Virus record (IMG/VR): IMGVR_UViG_3300020442_000009
Location: 1 to 64,000 of that record
DNA from: a virus
Direction: 5' to 3' (one strand)
DNA: 64,000 bases
The translations under genes and the position numbers were made by a program. Below the pieces are notes generated by a model. That model was not told the DNA's origin and did no database searches. It saw only the letters and a program-made list of their open reading frames with translations. Shown here piece after piece: positions 29,225 to 39,013 of the stretch. How positions within the stretch are numbered: the stretch's first letter is position 1; each line of letters begins with the position of its first letter.

Positions 29225-29401
29225 ATAAAGCTACTGAATAACCAACTCTATAACTAAATTTATCAATGAAAAACACAAAACCCATAATTACATAAGGTTC
29301 CCAAGTTTCAAATCCTATTTTATAGAATAAAATAAATGCCACCAAAATAACTGGCAGGAATTTATTTAAACTATAATTTAACATCATTAATTTATTTTCT
29401 C

Positions 29402-29836
29402 TCATTTTACTTCTATTACTTCTATGTTTGCTTTTTTTAATAAGTTTATTCCTTCTTTATTTCTATATAAATCTCCGTAAACAACTCTAGATATTCCTGA
29501 CTGTATAATTAATTTAGCGCAATCAATGCAAGGAGATATTGTAATATACATAGTTGCTCCGTCGCTGGACTGCGTTGATTTAGCCAATTTAGTGATTGCA
29601 TTGCTTTCTGCATGTAAGACTTCTGGTTTAGTTATTAATTTATGTTGTAAATTTGGGTTAGGGTTGTATTCGCAGGTATTGTCAAAATTTTTTGGAGTTC
29701 CATTATATCCATCAGAAATAATTGCTCCATCCTTTACAATTAAGCAACCAACTTGTTTCCGTTTAGCTTTAGAAAGCTGAGACCAAGTTTTAGCCATTGA
29801 AAGATATGTTTCATCAAGCTGTTTCTGTGACGGCAT
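29402..29836 (-). CDS. dCMP deaminase
   Basis: VGCLIVKD, GYNGTP, HAESNAI, SPCIDC. Confidence 0.93.
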   Translation of the reverse strand: MPSQKQLDETYLSMAKTWSQLSKAKRKQVGCLIVKDGAIISDGYNGTPKNFDNTCEYNPNPNLQHKLITKPEVLHAESNAITKLAKSTQSSDGATMYITISPCIDCAKLIIQSGISRVVYGDLYRNKEGINLLKKANIEVIEVK

Positions 29837-30137
29837 TATTATTGAATAGTATGCTAGAATTAGAAAGTATTAATTTTTCTGACTCCGTATTTTCTATGGC
29901 TTTCTCTGTTCTGTCAATCCACTTTTCACTATAAGGGCAAAATTCTTCAATTGATAAAACATTGATATCTTTACCTTTTATATTTTTTTTATTTAAATGA
30001 TAAAGTAAGTCTACTAATGCTTCACTTGAATGAAAAACTTGATAATAGTTAGTACTAGCAAGCATAGAATTATGCAGTACATACTCTATTTTATATTGAA
30101 CTGGTTGAGGATGCTTAAGTTTTGCCATCATGAAAAC

Positions 30138-30166
30138 AGTATACAAAAAATATACCGAAAAGTCAA
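30138..30166 (-). promoter_or_regulatory. sigma70-type promoter (leaderless geometry)
   Basis: TTGACT-17-TATACT, 6 nt before the ATG at 30131. Confidence 0.7.
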
Positions 30167-30660
30167 GAAAAAAGTTTAATTTATTTTTTCTGGCTCTGTG
30201 GTTTCTATAATAACCACACTTTTATAGCTTGGATCTTTTAAAGATTTTAAACTTTGAATTAAACTATCAGCATGAGACCTTGCTTCACCTACAGTCCAAT
30301 AATCTCTTGGCCAAGCTCTCCTACCATCACGTGTTACAACATAAAAAGTTGGTTTTCTTGAATAGCTCATGTATTTTTTTTCCAGTTGATTTTTTTGTAG
30401 TTTTTGTCGTATGTGTTTTTATCTGTCGGTCTAGGCTTATCACCTTTTCCGTTTTGATGCTTAGCTTTTACTTCTGGCTTGCATCCACAATTTACATTAC
30501 ATTTTACTTTTTTTTCAGTTTTCATGAAACCATGTTGATTTTGGGGTTTTCTTATCTTTTAGTTTAAAGTACCAATAAAAAGGACACGCTAAAGAGTGGC
30601 CTATACTATATATTAAAATAATAGTGCCTAAAAATACCCAAACACTACTAAAAATAAATT

Positions 30661-31143
30661 TTAAAACTTCTTCCATACACTCACTCCGTCTACATTCAAT
30701 AAATCTTCGACTTGAATTTGAGTTATTGTTTCTAAATTTCCAGTTCTTCTATATAAGCGATATTTAGCTGACCAAGGATTAGAAACATATGGTAAATCCC
30801 ATCTTACCATCTGAGAAGAAGATAGCCAATTTAAAAGCTTTGTTCGATTAACGAAAATAAAAGATTGAGAGGTTTCAAAAACAATAAACTGGGCAGAGCC
30901 ATAAATCCATCCATCTTTACCTTTCGATGTTTCATATTCTATCCAAACCCATTTATTGGCATTTTTAGAATTTTTCTTTTTTATATCAACTGTAACTTTA
31001 GTTGGTTTTTTATTGTTATGACCCTCTAAAATTAGATCAATATTATTCTTTTTTTGACCAAAATTAGGTTTATGCACAATATAGCCTTTCGATTCAGCTA
31101 TTTCAATAAACATTGATTTATAATTATTGTTTTTCGATGGCAT
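30661..31143 (-). CDS. PD-(D/E)XK-fold endonuclease-like phage protein
   Basis: NIDL...TVDIK, WIE...GKDGWIYG.AQFIVFE. Confidence 0.6.
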   Translation of the reverse strand: MPSKNNNYKSMFIEIAESKGYIVHKPNFGQKKNNIDLILEGHNNKKPTKVTVDIKKKNSKNANKWVWIEYETSKGKDGWIYGSAQFIVFETSQSFIFVNRTKLLNWLSSSQMVRWDLPYVSNPWSAKYRLYRRTGNLETITQIQVEDLLNVDGVSVWKKF

Positions 31144-31152
31144 ACATGGTAA

Positions 31153-32241
31153 CTATTGAACCTTGTCGTATAAGGCATTAAAAGCTCTAGATGCATCTCT
31201 AGACTTTTTGTATTTAGTTTTTGTGATAGTCATAATCACTTCTTCTGTTACCTTGTCTTCTGCCTCAGGCATAGTAAATTTTACAATACCTTTGTCTCTT
31301 GATTTAATATCGCATTCCCATTTTATAGTATAATTAAAATAAGGAATTGCATTACTTAAAAACTCAACAGGAGTATTAGACGAACCTTGTTTTTCAGACC
31401 ATAGAAAAATTGGAACAACTCCCATCCATGTTTCATGGAAAGCTCCTATATTAACTTCTTTTTCTATAGTATTGCCTTCTTCTATCATTCCGGGATTGCG
31501 TTCATCCGCAACATTAGAATAACTTAAGATCATACCTTTTTCATATTTTTCGTTTAAATAAACATGAAAATATTTAAATAAATTAATTGGATTCCAAAAG
31601 CCAGACTCTTCATTTTGTAAAACTAATCTTTTTTGAGTGTCTTTGTTTAGCTTCTCAAAATTTTCATAAAAAGCTTGAACAAACTTTACTGCACTGCCAT
31701 GATTTTCTTGTTCTGGTTGAGCAAAAGGTTTTATTATAATCGGATTTGCTGCATTTGATGGAAATCCTGCAGTCTCGAAAAACCAACTGTGAAAATCTAG
31801 TTCCTTTACTGTTTGATCAACTAATGTATCATCTGTAGAGGATAGATTATTTGTGGAATCTGGATAAACTGAAAGTGTTACATTGTATTTTCTAGCAGAA
31901 AAACCAATAGACCTAATTAATTCTAAAATTTTACTAGAATTAGGTAGATTGGTGATCGAAACATTTATAGAATCTTTAAAATCCCCAGCTAGACTAAAAA
32001 TAGAACTGCTAATTCTATAATGATTGATATTAATTTTTGGAATAAACTCTATGATGTCTTTTGTTAGGCTTAAATTATGTTCTATTCTAATTCCTAGTTC
32101 GCCCAATGCCTCATCATCTCCTCGCTCCTTTTTTAAAGAGGAAAAGTTTCGCTGAGTAATTCCCGAAAAAGACCAAGTGCCTTCTGGCTCTCTTTCTTTG
32201 AGAAGTTCTGAGGTTCCTATTAATCCGTATGAGACATCCAT
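31153..32241 (-). CDS. UvsE paralog with degenerate metal ligands
   Basis: HYRISSSIF, RLVLQNE, LWSE, WECDIKSRD align with uvsE but the His ligands are lost. Confidence 0.75.
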   Translation of the reverse strand: MDVSYGLIGTSELLKEREPEGTWSFSGITQRNFSSLKKERGDDEALGELGIRIEHNLSLTKDIIEFIPKININHYRISSSIFSLAGDFKDSINVSITNLPNSSKILELIRSIGFSARKYNVTLSVYPDSTNNLSSTDDTLVDQTVKELDFHSWFFETAGFPSNAANPIIIKPFAQPEQENHGSAVKFVQAFYENFEKLNKDTQKRLVLQNEESGFWNPINLFKYFHVYLNEKYEKGMILSYSNVADERNPGMIEEGNTIEKEVNIGAFHETWMGVVPIFLWSEKQGSSNTPVEFLSNAIPYFNYTIKWECDIKSRDKGIVKFTMPEAEDKVTEEVIMTITKTKYKKSRDASRAFNALYDKVQ

Positions 32242-32254
32242 GACATTAATTACA

Positions 32255-32512
32255 CTAAATTTCTGGCAATTGCTCTTTCTCTACATTCTCAGTAGGCTTT
32301 TTGTCTTCTGATTTATATATAACATAATCTGGGGCTCTATCATTATTCTTATGCCTGTTGGGAAAGACTATTACTTTTACTTTCTTTTTAATTCCAAGTT
32401 CGTCAATTTCAATATTGCCTGTAAGATACTTTCCTTTTGGGCCATCTTTTGTCCAAAAAGCTCCCATCTCACGATTACTCCAATCTGACTTTTGTTTATT
32501 ATCTTCTAACAT
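32255..32512 (-). CDS. DUF736-like protein
   Basis: MGAFWTK...GKYLTGNI...FPN..K.NDRAPDY. Confidence 0.65.
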   Translation of the reverse strand: MLEDNKQKSDWSNREMGAFWTKDGPKGKYLTGNIEIDELGIKKKVKVIVFPNRHKNNDRAPDYVIYKSEDKKPTENVEKEQLPEI

Positions 32513-32528
32513 GTGTATATAATTTTAT

Positions 32529-32849
32529 ATGGTTGTGATTTATGATTGCCAGTTAACTGAGCCACCTAGCTCAATTCATTGCTTTAGGGATGTAACATTA
32601 TTTGCTCAAGTATTTTTAAAAGCTGATAATTTAATTAAATGCCCAAAGGGTACAAGAACCGCTTATTGGGAGTGGATAAAAAATTATGGTGCTCACGACT
32701 TTGTGAAATACTTAATTAAAGAGGAAGAGCAACAAGTCGGTGTGACAGTTGGCTCTACTAACTCTACAATTACAATTGATCATATTGATGAATTTAATTA
32801 TGCAAATTTAATTAATTCTTTAAAAAATTATAATTACTCGGAGTTTTGA
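32529..32849 (+). CDS. hypothetical protein
   Basis: Fills the gap between minus-strand genes; preceded by GTGTA at 32513-32517. Confidence 0.65.
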   Translation: MVVIYDCQLTEPPSSIHCFRDVTLFAQVFLKADNLIKCPKGTRTAYWEWIKNYGAHDFVKYLIKEEEQQVGVTVGSTNSTITIDHIDEFNYANLINSLKNYNYSEF

Positions 32850-33205
32850 TTTTTGCTTTTAAATTTAGAGACAAGTCTACCATCTTCATATAAATCAGTA
32901 GGTTCTCCGGTTGCTTGTGAATTTTGTCCTTGCTCCTCTTCATTCTCCGAATCATCTATTTGAGGATATAGATTCATAATAGTTTGCAAGATTGAATCAT
33001 ATTTATCTATAGCTTCAAGTTTACGCTTTACTTCTTCACCAATATCAGAATGCTCTCCCACTCCAACAGGCGTCTTAATATAGACTTGAAGATCGGCAAT
33101 GGCTATATTTCTAGAGCCAATGTATTCTTTAAAGATAGCATCAATATGCGGGGGAACACCTTGTTGTTGTTGATTTTGCATTTTACTTAGATTGATCTTT
33201 TGCAT
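32834..33205 (-). CDS. hypothetical phage protein
   Basis: VY...PVGVGEHSDI.EE motif familiar from aquatic phages. Confidence 0.6.
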   Translation of the reverse strand: MQKINLSKMQNQQQQGVPPHIDAIFKEYIGSRNIAIADLQVYIKTPVGVGEHSDIGEEVKRKLEAIDKYDSILQTIMNLYPQIDDSENEEEQGQNSQATGEPTDLYEDGRLVSKFKSKNQNSE

Positions 33206-33296
33206 GTAAAACGGTAAACACTAAGAAAGGCATACCTAACAAGCAAATTAATTCATACATAACTAATATTAAGTCCATAATCTTTTTTTTCTATAA

Positions 33297-33836
33297 TTAA
33301 CGATATTTTTTTTGAAGCAGCCTCCAGCGATCAGAATCAATCTCTTTATTGCCACTATCTATAGCATACAACATTTCCATAATTTCGTCAAGCGAATTAT
33401 AAATATATTTATGAGGAAACATTCCTAACATCCAGAGAGGAGTTTTAGCTTTACCGCCTTCCATACTCACAAAAACAGGTTTTTTCTCTCTCACTGCAGT
33501 TACTATTTCCTCTGCGCTTCCCCAAGAGGCCACATCTGGTACAAGATGAGCAATAATAAAGTCTGATCTATCTACAAGATTAAGATCATAAGCTCTCACC
33601 ATTTTCATTCTTTCTGTTACCCTGTCATATTGTTTTGTTTTCATCCAAGTTTCCATTTCTTGACGAGAAGCTTCATCTTCTTCTACATCTTTCATAAATG
33701 GCTTTTTATAAGGGTCAAAACAAGTAATACCTAAAGGTTCTAGCTTTTCTGTAACTTCTTCACGCCAATTTCTGCCGCTTAGATATTGCATATGTCCGAC
33801 AAGATAAGTTTTAGTCTTATATAGTAAGTTACTCAT
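33297..33836 (-). CDS. nucleoside 2-deoxyribosyltransferase-like protein
   Basis: YLVGHM, WRE, FDP, DLNLVDRSDFII, GSAEE. Confidence 0.75.
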   Translation of the reverse strand: MSNLLYKTKTYLVGHMQYLSGRNWREEVTEKLEPLGITCFDPYKKPFMKDVEEDEASRQEMETWMKTKQYDRVTERMKMVRAYDLNLVDRSDFIIAHLVPDVASWGSAEEIVTAVREKKPVFVSMEGGKAKTPLWMLGMFPHKYIYNSLDEIMEMLYAIDSGNKEIDSDRWRLLQKKYR

Positions 33837-33842
33837 GATATA

Positions 33843-33888
33843 ATCATACCATGAAACTCGTCCACTGTCAACAAAAAACTTGTCGAAA
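33843..33888 (-). promoter_or_regulatory. sigma70-type promoter overlapping the dispersed TTCGACA-N12-ACAGTGGACGA element
   Basis: TTGACA-17-TATGAT; element matches the two copies at 44001 and 44048. Confidence 0.7.
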
Positions 33889-33909
33889 TTTTTTTTTGTT
33901 TATTGCGAT

Positions 33910-35175
33910 TTAGGCAATAATATCTAAAATAGGGGGCTTGCCATTAGAAATTTTAAATGGTCTACCACTTGGCGAGTATGTAATTTTTTCAACACTTAAC
34001 CCCATAGCATATGCTATAGTAGCATTAATTGATTCTATATCAACTCCATTTTCCTCAACATAGTGAGCTCCTTTGTCAGATTTACCATGAACATAACCAG
34101 CTTTTATTCCTCCGCCAGCAAATAGAGCACTAAATGCAGATGGGTGATGATCTCTACCAACTCTACCAGCTTTGATTTCTGGGCTTCTGCCAAATTCACT
34201 AGCAACAACAACCATTGTATCGGAAAGCAAGCCTCTGATATTTAAATCTTCTAATAAAGAACTTAATCCGGCATCTAAAACTGCTCCACGAGTTTCCATA
34301 TTGCCAAAAACATCATTATGCATATCCCAGCCCCCATAAGACACTTCAATAAATCTAACTTTATTCTCAACTAATCTCCTAGCAAGCAAGCAACCTTGGC
34401 CGAAATTATCTCTACCATACCTATCTCTAGTCTCTTCGCTTTCTTTAGTTAAATCAAAAGACTCTAGATCTTTACTTTTCATTAAACTAATTGCATTGTC
34501 ATATAAATCAGAATAAGCTCTAACTTTTTTTTGCGGAAAATCTTTGGAAAAATGTTTATTGAGTAAACGTGATGCATCTAAACGTTTATAAAACATGTTT
34601 TCATCGACATATCCAGATTTTTTAACATTTTGTATACCAGCATTTGGGTTTCCTAGCGGCAACGGGCCATGCTTGCTTTCAAAATAACCAGCTCCAATAA
34701 TTCCACTACCGCCATTAATTTTTATATTATCAGGTAATGTTTCATTTAAACTTCCGCTTAACTTACTAACCCAACTACCCATACTAGGATGGACAATTGT
34801 TCCTCTTTTTTGGTAACTTGTGTGAAGTAAATAATTAGCTTGATCGTGAGCTCCTTGATTACTATTAATTGAACGAACTAAAGATGCTAAATGCATTTGT
34901 TTTGCAGTTTTAGGTAACCAATGACCTAACTGAATGCCATCTGCAGAGGTGTCGATAGCTTCAGTTTCACCCATAATCTCTTTGTTTTCTGGTTTAGGGT
35001 CAAATGTATCTACATGAGTCATTCCGCCTGTCATATTCAGAAATATAACATGTCTAGCAGTAGGCACTCTCGTGGTCTTTGCTATAAGGTTTGGTCCATA
35101 AATTAAGGCATTAACGCCTAAATACGTTTTTGCAATTGTTTTTGCAAAATCTCTTCTTGATAGTTCTTCGTTCAT
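33910..35175 (-). CDS. DUF1501 family protein with Tat signal
   Basis: LSRRDF, VIFLNMTGGMTHVDTFDPKP, HPSMGS, FGQGCLLARRLVE, GGWDMH, SEFGRSP, GRDHHP. Confidence 0.93.
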   Translation of the reverse strand: MNEELSRRDFAKTIAKTYLGVNALIYGPNLIAKTTRVPTARHVIFLNMTGGMTHVDTFDPKPENKEIMGETEAIDTSADGIQLGHWLPKTAKQMHLASLVRSINSNQGAHDQANYLLHTSYQKRGTIVHPSMGSWVSKLSGSLNETLPDNIKINGGSGIIGAGYFESKHGPLPLGNPNAGIQNVKKSGYVDENMFYKRLDASRLLNKHFSKDFPQKKVRAYSDLYDNAISLMKSKDLESFDLTKESEETRDRYGRDNFGQGCLLARRLVENKVRFIEVSYGGWDMHNDVFGNMETRGAVLDAGLSSLLEDLNIRGLLSDTMVVVASEFGRSPEIKAGRVGRDHHPSAFSALFAGGGIKAGYVHGKSDKGAHYVEENGVDIESINATIAYAMGLSVEKITYSPSGRPFKISNGKPPILDIIA

Positions 35176-35180
35176 AGTAA

Positions 35181-37208
35181 TTATTTAATAAATATAAATT
35201 CGTGAGAATTAAGTAAGATCCAAGATATGTGCTTGAACCCATCCTTTTCATCTACAAAGTTTTTTAAAATTTTTAATTCATTGGCTTTGGGTTTTCTTCC
35301 AAGAATCGATAAGAATGCACTCGTTACTTGTTTTTCTTTGTTTTTTTCTGCTCCTATTAATTTTATAAAGTCTGCATCTTTTTTGTTTAAAATATTAGTT
35401 TCAACAAAACCATTTAAAAGATTTAATACTTGTGTGGTGTTTGGTTCTGAGTTGCTATTATCTATTTGTTCTTTATCGCTACCACCAAACTGCCTAATTA
35501 AGTGACCTCCGGGCGCTGGATGTTGCAGATAGCTGCTTCTTACTAAATTTCTATCTTTAATGGTTTTATTTTGATATTTAGAATTAATTATTCCAAGTAA
35601 ATTTCTATTTCCTTTGTTTTCTTCTGCTATTTTTTTAAAATCATCATATATTTCTTCCCCTGTCATATCTTTATATCTTTCATATATAGGAGTATAGTCT
35701 TGCATATTATGTAAGTAAACTCTTTCTTTGGTGTCAATATTATTATATACTAAAGTCACAAGAGAATCCCATAATTGCTCTCCTGTCATTCTCCTTAAGA
35801 TAGGACCTTCAAAATCATAACTTTCGAGAGTTTTGTAATCTTCTTTTTTGCTTTCTCTTTGAAATAGTTTTGTGTTTAATAAAATTCTTTGATATTCTCT
35901 TAAGTCATAATTCACACTAACCATTAATCTTTCTAAATATTTCATTAATTTAGTATTGCTGGCAATTGTGTCATCCATCATTGTATCTATGGGTTCAATA
36001 AGCCCCGCTCCAAAAATTTGCTTCCAAATTCTATTACTAATCATTGTTGTGAATCTAGGATTATCTTTGCTGACAATCCAATCTGCGAAAATTTTTCTAC
36101 TCTCACCTTCTGGGGACTCTGTTGGCTTTGGGGTAAAAATAGCTTTAGCAACAACTGTATCTCCGGGGTTGCCGTCATCTTCAGCAAAATCTCTAGGTAA
36201 TTTAATTGTGCCTGTGCCATTATTATCTATACCAAATTGTATAGAATCTCTGACTTGATTTCTCCAATTATTAAATAATCCAGCATTGGCGTCGCCATCT
36301 GCATTAATCGCTCTACTTAAGGCTCCTATGACTTTGCCACCCTCCTTTGTTCTTACGTTGCCAATTCCAGAAGTGAATGCTGTCATTTCATAAAATTGTT
36401 TTTGACTCCACTTGTCAAATGGGTGATTATGGCACATGGCACATTCTAATCTAGTGCCGAGAAAAATTCTAATAGTGTGAGATAAATTATCTTCTTGCAT
36501 ACCTCTGTCTCTTAGGTAATAGCTTATTGCCTCCCCGCCATCAAAAAGTTTTCCTGTACTTGAAACTAATTCTTTTACTATTGTATCATAATTTTTTTTG
36601 TCTGCAATTGCATCTCTTAACCACTGCCTGTAAGCAGATCCAACATTTATATTTGTTCCATTAACTCTATCTTTTACTCTCAGCATGTCAGTCCACCAGT
36701 TTAGTTGGTGGTTTACATAGCCATTTGAATGTAGAAGTTTTTGTACTAAATTATCTCTTTTATTACTATCCCTGTCATCAATAAAGCTATTGATTTCTTC
36801 TTGAGTGGGGATTCTTCCGACTGTGGTAAGATATAATCTTCTTACATAGGAATAGTCATCTAAAGGCTTAGTCTTTTGTAATTTTTTTGATCTTAAGTTT
36901 TGATCTATTAATTGATCTATATAAGAAACATATTGTTTTAGTGTGCGTTCATCTACGGGAGTTTTGACTGTAGGTATTGTGCTATACCTATTTTTAGAGA
37001 AATATAATTCTATTTGTTTTTGAGTATCTAGTGTCAATAAATCAATTTTAAACCTAAATTGTTGTAAATCTTGAGATCTAGCTATTCTAACATGGGTTTC
37101 ATTTGCCTCTAATATTTCAGCATCAAGAGATTTACCATCTTTAAAATAAAGAGTGGAGCCAAAACAAAAAGTAGTGGCAAAGAAGAGAAATATAATGTTT
37201 TTCATCAA
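35181..37208 (-). CDS. DUF1549/DUF1553 (PSCyt2/PSD1) protein
   Basis: Signal peptide, SHD1-like N-domain, RRLYL..GRIPT, FLGTRLECAMCHNHPFDKW, NRIWKQIFGAGLIEP, RRMTGEQLWDS, WILLNSHEF. Confidence 0.93.
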   Translation of the reverse strand: MMKNIIFLFFATTFCFGSTLYFKDGKSLDAEILEANETHVRIARSQDLQQFRFKIDLLTLDTQKQIELYFSKNRYSTIPTVKTPVDERTLKQYVSYIDQLIDQNLRSKKLQKTKPLDDYSYVRRLYLTTVGRIPTQEEINSFIDDRDSNKRDNLVQKLLHSNGYVNHQLNWWTDMLRVKDRVNGTNINVGSAYRQWLRDAIADKKNYDTIVKELVSSTGKLFDGGEAISYYLRDRGMQEDNLSHTIRIFLGTRLECAMCHNHPFDKWSQKQFYEMTAFTSGIGNVRTKEGGKVIGALSRAINADGDANAGLFNNWRNQVRDSIQFGIDNNGTGTIKLPRDFAEDDGNPGDTVVAKAIFTPKPTESPEGESRKIFADWIVSKDNPRFTTMISNRIWKQIFGAGLIEPIDTMMDDTIASNTKLMKYLERLMVSVNYDLREYQRILLNTKLFQRESKKEDYKTLESYDFEGPILRRMTGEQLWDSLVTLVYNNIDTKERVYLHNMQDYTPIYERYKDMTGEEIYDDFKKIAEENKGNRNLLGIINSKYQNKTIKDRNLVRSSYLQHPAPGGHLIRQFGGSDKEQIDNSNSEPNTTQVLNLLNGFVETNILNKKDADFIKLIGAEKNKEKQVTSAFLSILGRKPKANELKILKNFVDEKDGFKHISWILLNSHEFIFIK

Positions 37209-37254
37209 AAGCTAATAGTTTATTAATAATAAATTACACTATTTTTTAATAAAA

Positions 37255-37621
37255 TGGTGGAGGTGGCGGGACTTGAACCCGCGTCCTGATGGTCTTCAAG
37301 CAGACACATCTACAAGTTTAGTTAATTTTTTTTAAAGTTATGACATTAACATCCAACTACCTATTACAATTATTTACAGTTTATTAACAGGTAAACCTTT
37401 TCTGTTTTGCAGATTGATGACCCCTTATCTGTAATATCTGCGTCTTACAGTAAGAGGTAGCAGGACTAAGCTGCTAAAGCAAGCCCACGGCTCTTTTGGA
37501 AACCGAAAGCTTTAAGACGTGACTTATTGCCATGTACAAGTTTGCACTTTTTTATCGAAGCCAAGTGCGTCTCCGACTTGCAGTGTAAGAATCCAACCTC
37601 AGTCGAATCCAGTACACCCCC
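37255..37621 (-). ncRNA. ssrA: tmRNA
   Basis: 5' GGGGGTG...GGATTCGAC; 3' GGACGCGGGTTCAAGTCCCGCCACCTCCACCA; G3.U70 pair; internal reading frame ending LALAA-stop. Confidence 0.95.
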
Positions 37622-37645
37622 ATAAAATTTTAAAGAACTAAATAT

Positions 37646-37674
37646 ATATTACAGCAAAAAAAACAAAAAGTCAA
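37646..37674 (-). promoter_or_regulatory. sigma70-type promoter of tmRNA
   Basis: TTGACT-17-TAATAT. Confidence 0.65.
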
Positions 37675-37681
37675 GAAAAAA

Positions 37682-39013
37682 TTACAAGGGTACACCCCAA
37701 GCTAATATATTTGGCTTCTCTGGTATAAAACTTTTTCCTGAAATAAAAACTCCAGAATCTTCGTCATCTTCAGAGCCTAACTGAGCTGTAAATTTTAAAG
37801 TAACCTGTTTGTTGTCTCCTATTGATGATTGAAAATCTTCATTGGTTAGAGTTGCTTTTCTAATTTCAACTGTCATGTTTTGTTGTTTTTGTACAGCTAC
37901 ATTACAACAATCAACTAAACAGCGACAATCGTGCAGCACAATCCTTATATCAAAAGGATTTTTGCAATATTCAGTCGCAAACCCTCCCTTTTTAAGCTCT
38001 CCAACTATAGCGTCTACCTGAAGTTCTACATTAACTGGAAAGTTTACTGATCGAGTCCACTCTAAGTGGGTTCCAACTCTATGCATCCTTGTGTTGCCTA
38101 GGGGAATGTTTAAAGCAAAGCCTTGTATGCTGCCTGCGCCTCGATCATAACTACTTTGGCCCACTTCTCCATGAGTATCACTAAATCCGCTAACTTGTTC
38201 AGTAACCATAGAGCGATTTTGTAAATCAATTCGGATATCTCCGGGCCTTAAAGCAGTGGTTCCCGGCTTAACATAAATATCTTCCATTCCTGAAACTTGT
38301 TCATAAAGTATACCTTGCTCTGGGTCTGGCAAACTAAATCGCAAGTCTTCTGATCCTAGCTCGCTTAATATACAGTCTTTATTTGGATTAACACTTGGTA
38401 ACGGTAAATTGCATACTCCAGTGTTGTAGGAGCGAATATTAAAACCCTCAAAGGTTGCTCTAGCTCTAGGAAGTTTATCTACTTCGGCAACAAGTGCATA
38501 TTGAGATAAGAAAGCATTACCTATTCCTACAATCCTTTTTGTTTCAGGTTTTATACTTAAATCTGTACCAATTGCATCATGTCCATAGTCTGAGGTTAAT
38601 AGAAAAAAGTTTGCTCCAACCTTTCTATTATAGTCATATATATGGTTCCTTAAGGCTTGATGTGTCCCATCAACATGAAAACCCATTAATTTTTCATTAT
38701 AACCATCTGCAAGTAAGTACTCAAAGTCTAAAGTTATGTCTGGGGTAGTTAGCTGCATAAAGTCTAGCCTTGCTCCTTGGCCATATTGATCTACATTAGT
38801 CCAGTTAATTTTGTAATCAAAATTGACTGATTGTATTCTATGTAGTTGCCTTACTAGATTGCCAGAGCAGCCAGTGGGGGATTCATTTCTTAAGAGGCAA
38901 CCAGAAATGTCATGTGCTGTGTTATTGCCAAAATGGTAGCCTGTAGCATCTAAGCTTGTATATAAAGCTTCAGTTTGGTATATAACCCTAGGTCTGTCAT
39001 AATAATGAGTCAC
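37682..39013 (-). CDS. putative virion structural protein (tail-tube-like)
   Basis: Beta-rich 443 aa; RIQSVNF...VDQYG...PDITLDFEY and SSIGDNKQVTLKF patterns; CTGTA promoter variant 9 nt upstream. Function is inferred. Confidence 0.45.
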   Translation of the reverse strand: MTHYYDRPRVIYQTEALYTSLDATGYHFGNNTAHDISGCLLRNESPTGCSGNLVRQLHRIQSVNFDYKINWTNVDQYGQGARLDFMQLTTPDITLDFEYLLADGYNEKLMGFHVDGTHQALRNHIYDYNRKVGANFFLLTSDYGHDAIGTDLSIKPETKRIVGIGNAFLSQYALVAEVDKLPRARATFEGFNIRSYNTGVCNLPLPSVNPNKDCILSELGSEDLRFSLPDPEQGILYEQVSGMEDIYVKPGTTALRPGDIRIDLQNRSMVTEQVSGFSDTHGEVGQSSYDRGAGSIQGFALNIPLGNTRMHRVGTHLEWTRSVNFPVNVELQVDAIVGELKKGGFATEYCKNPFDIRIVLHDCRCLVDCCNVAVQKQQNMTVEIRKATLTNEDFQSSIGDNKQVTLKFTAQLGSEDDEDSGVFISGKSFIPEKPNILAWGVPL

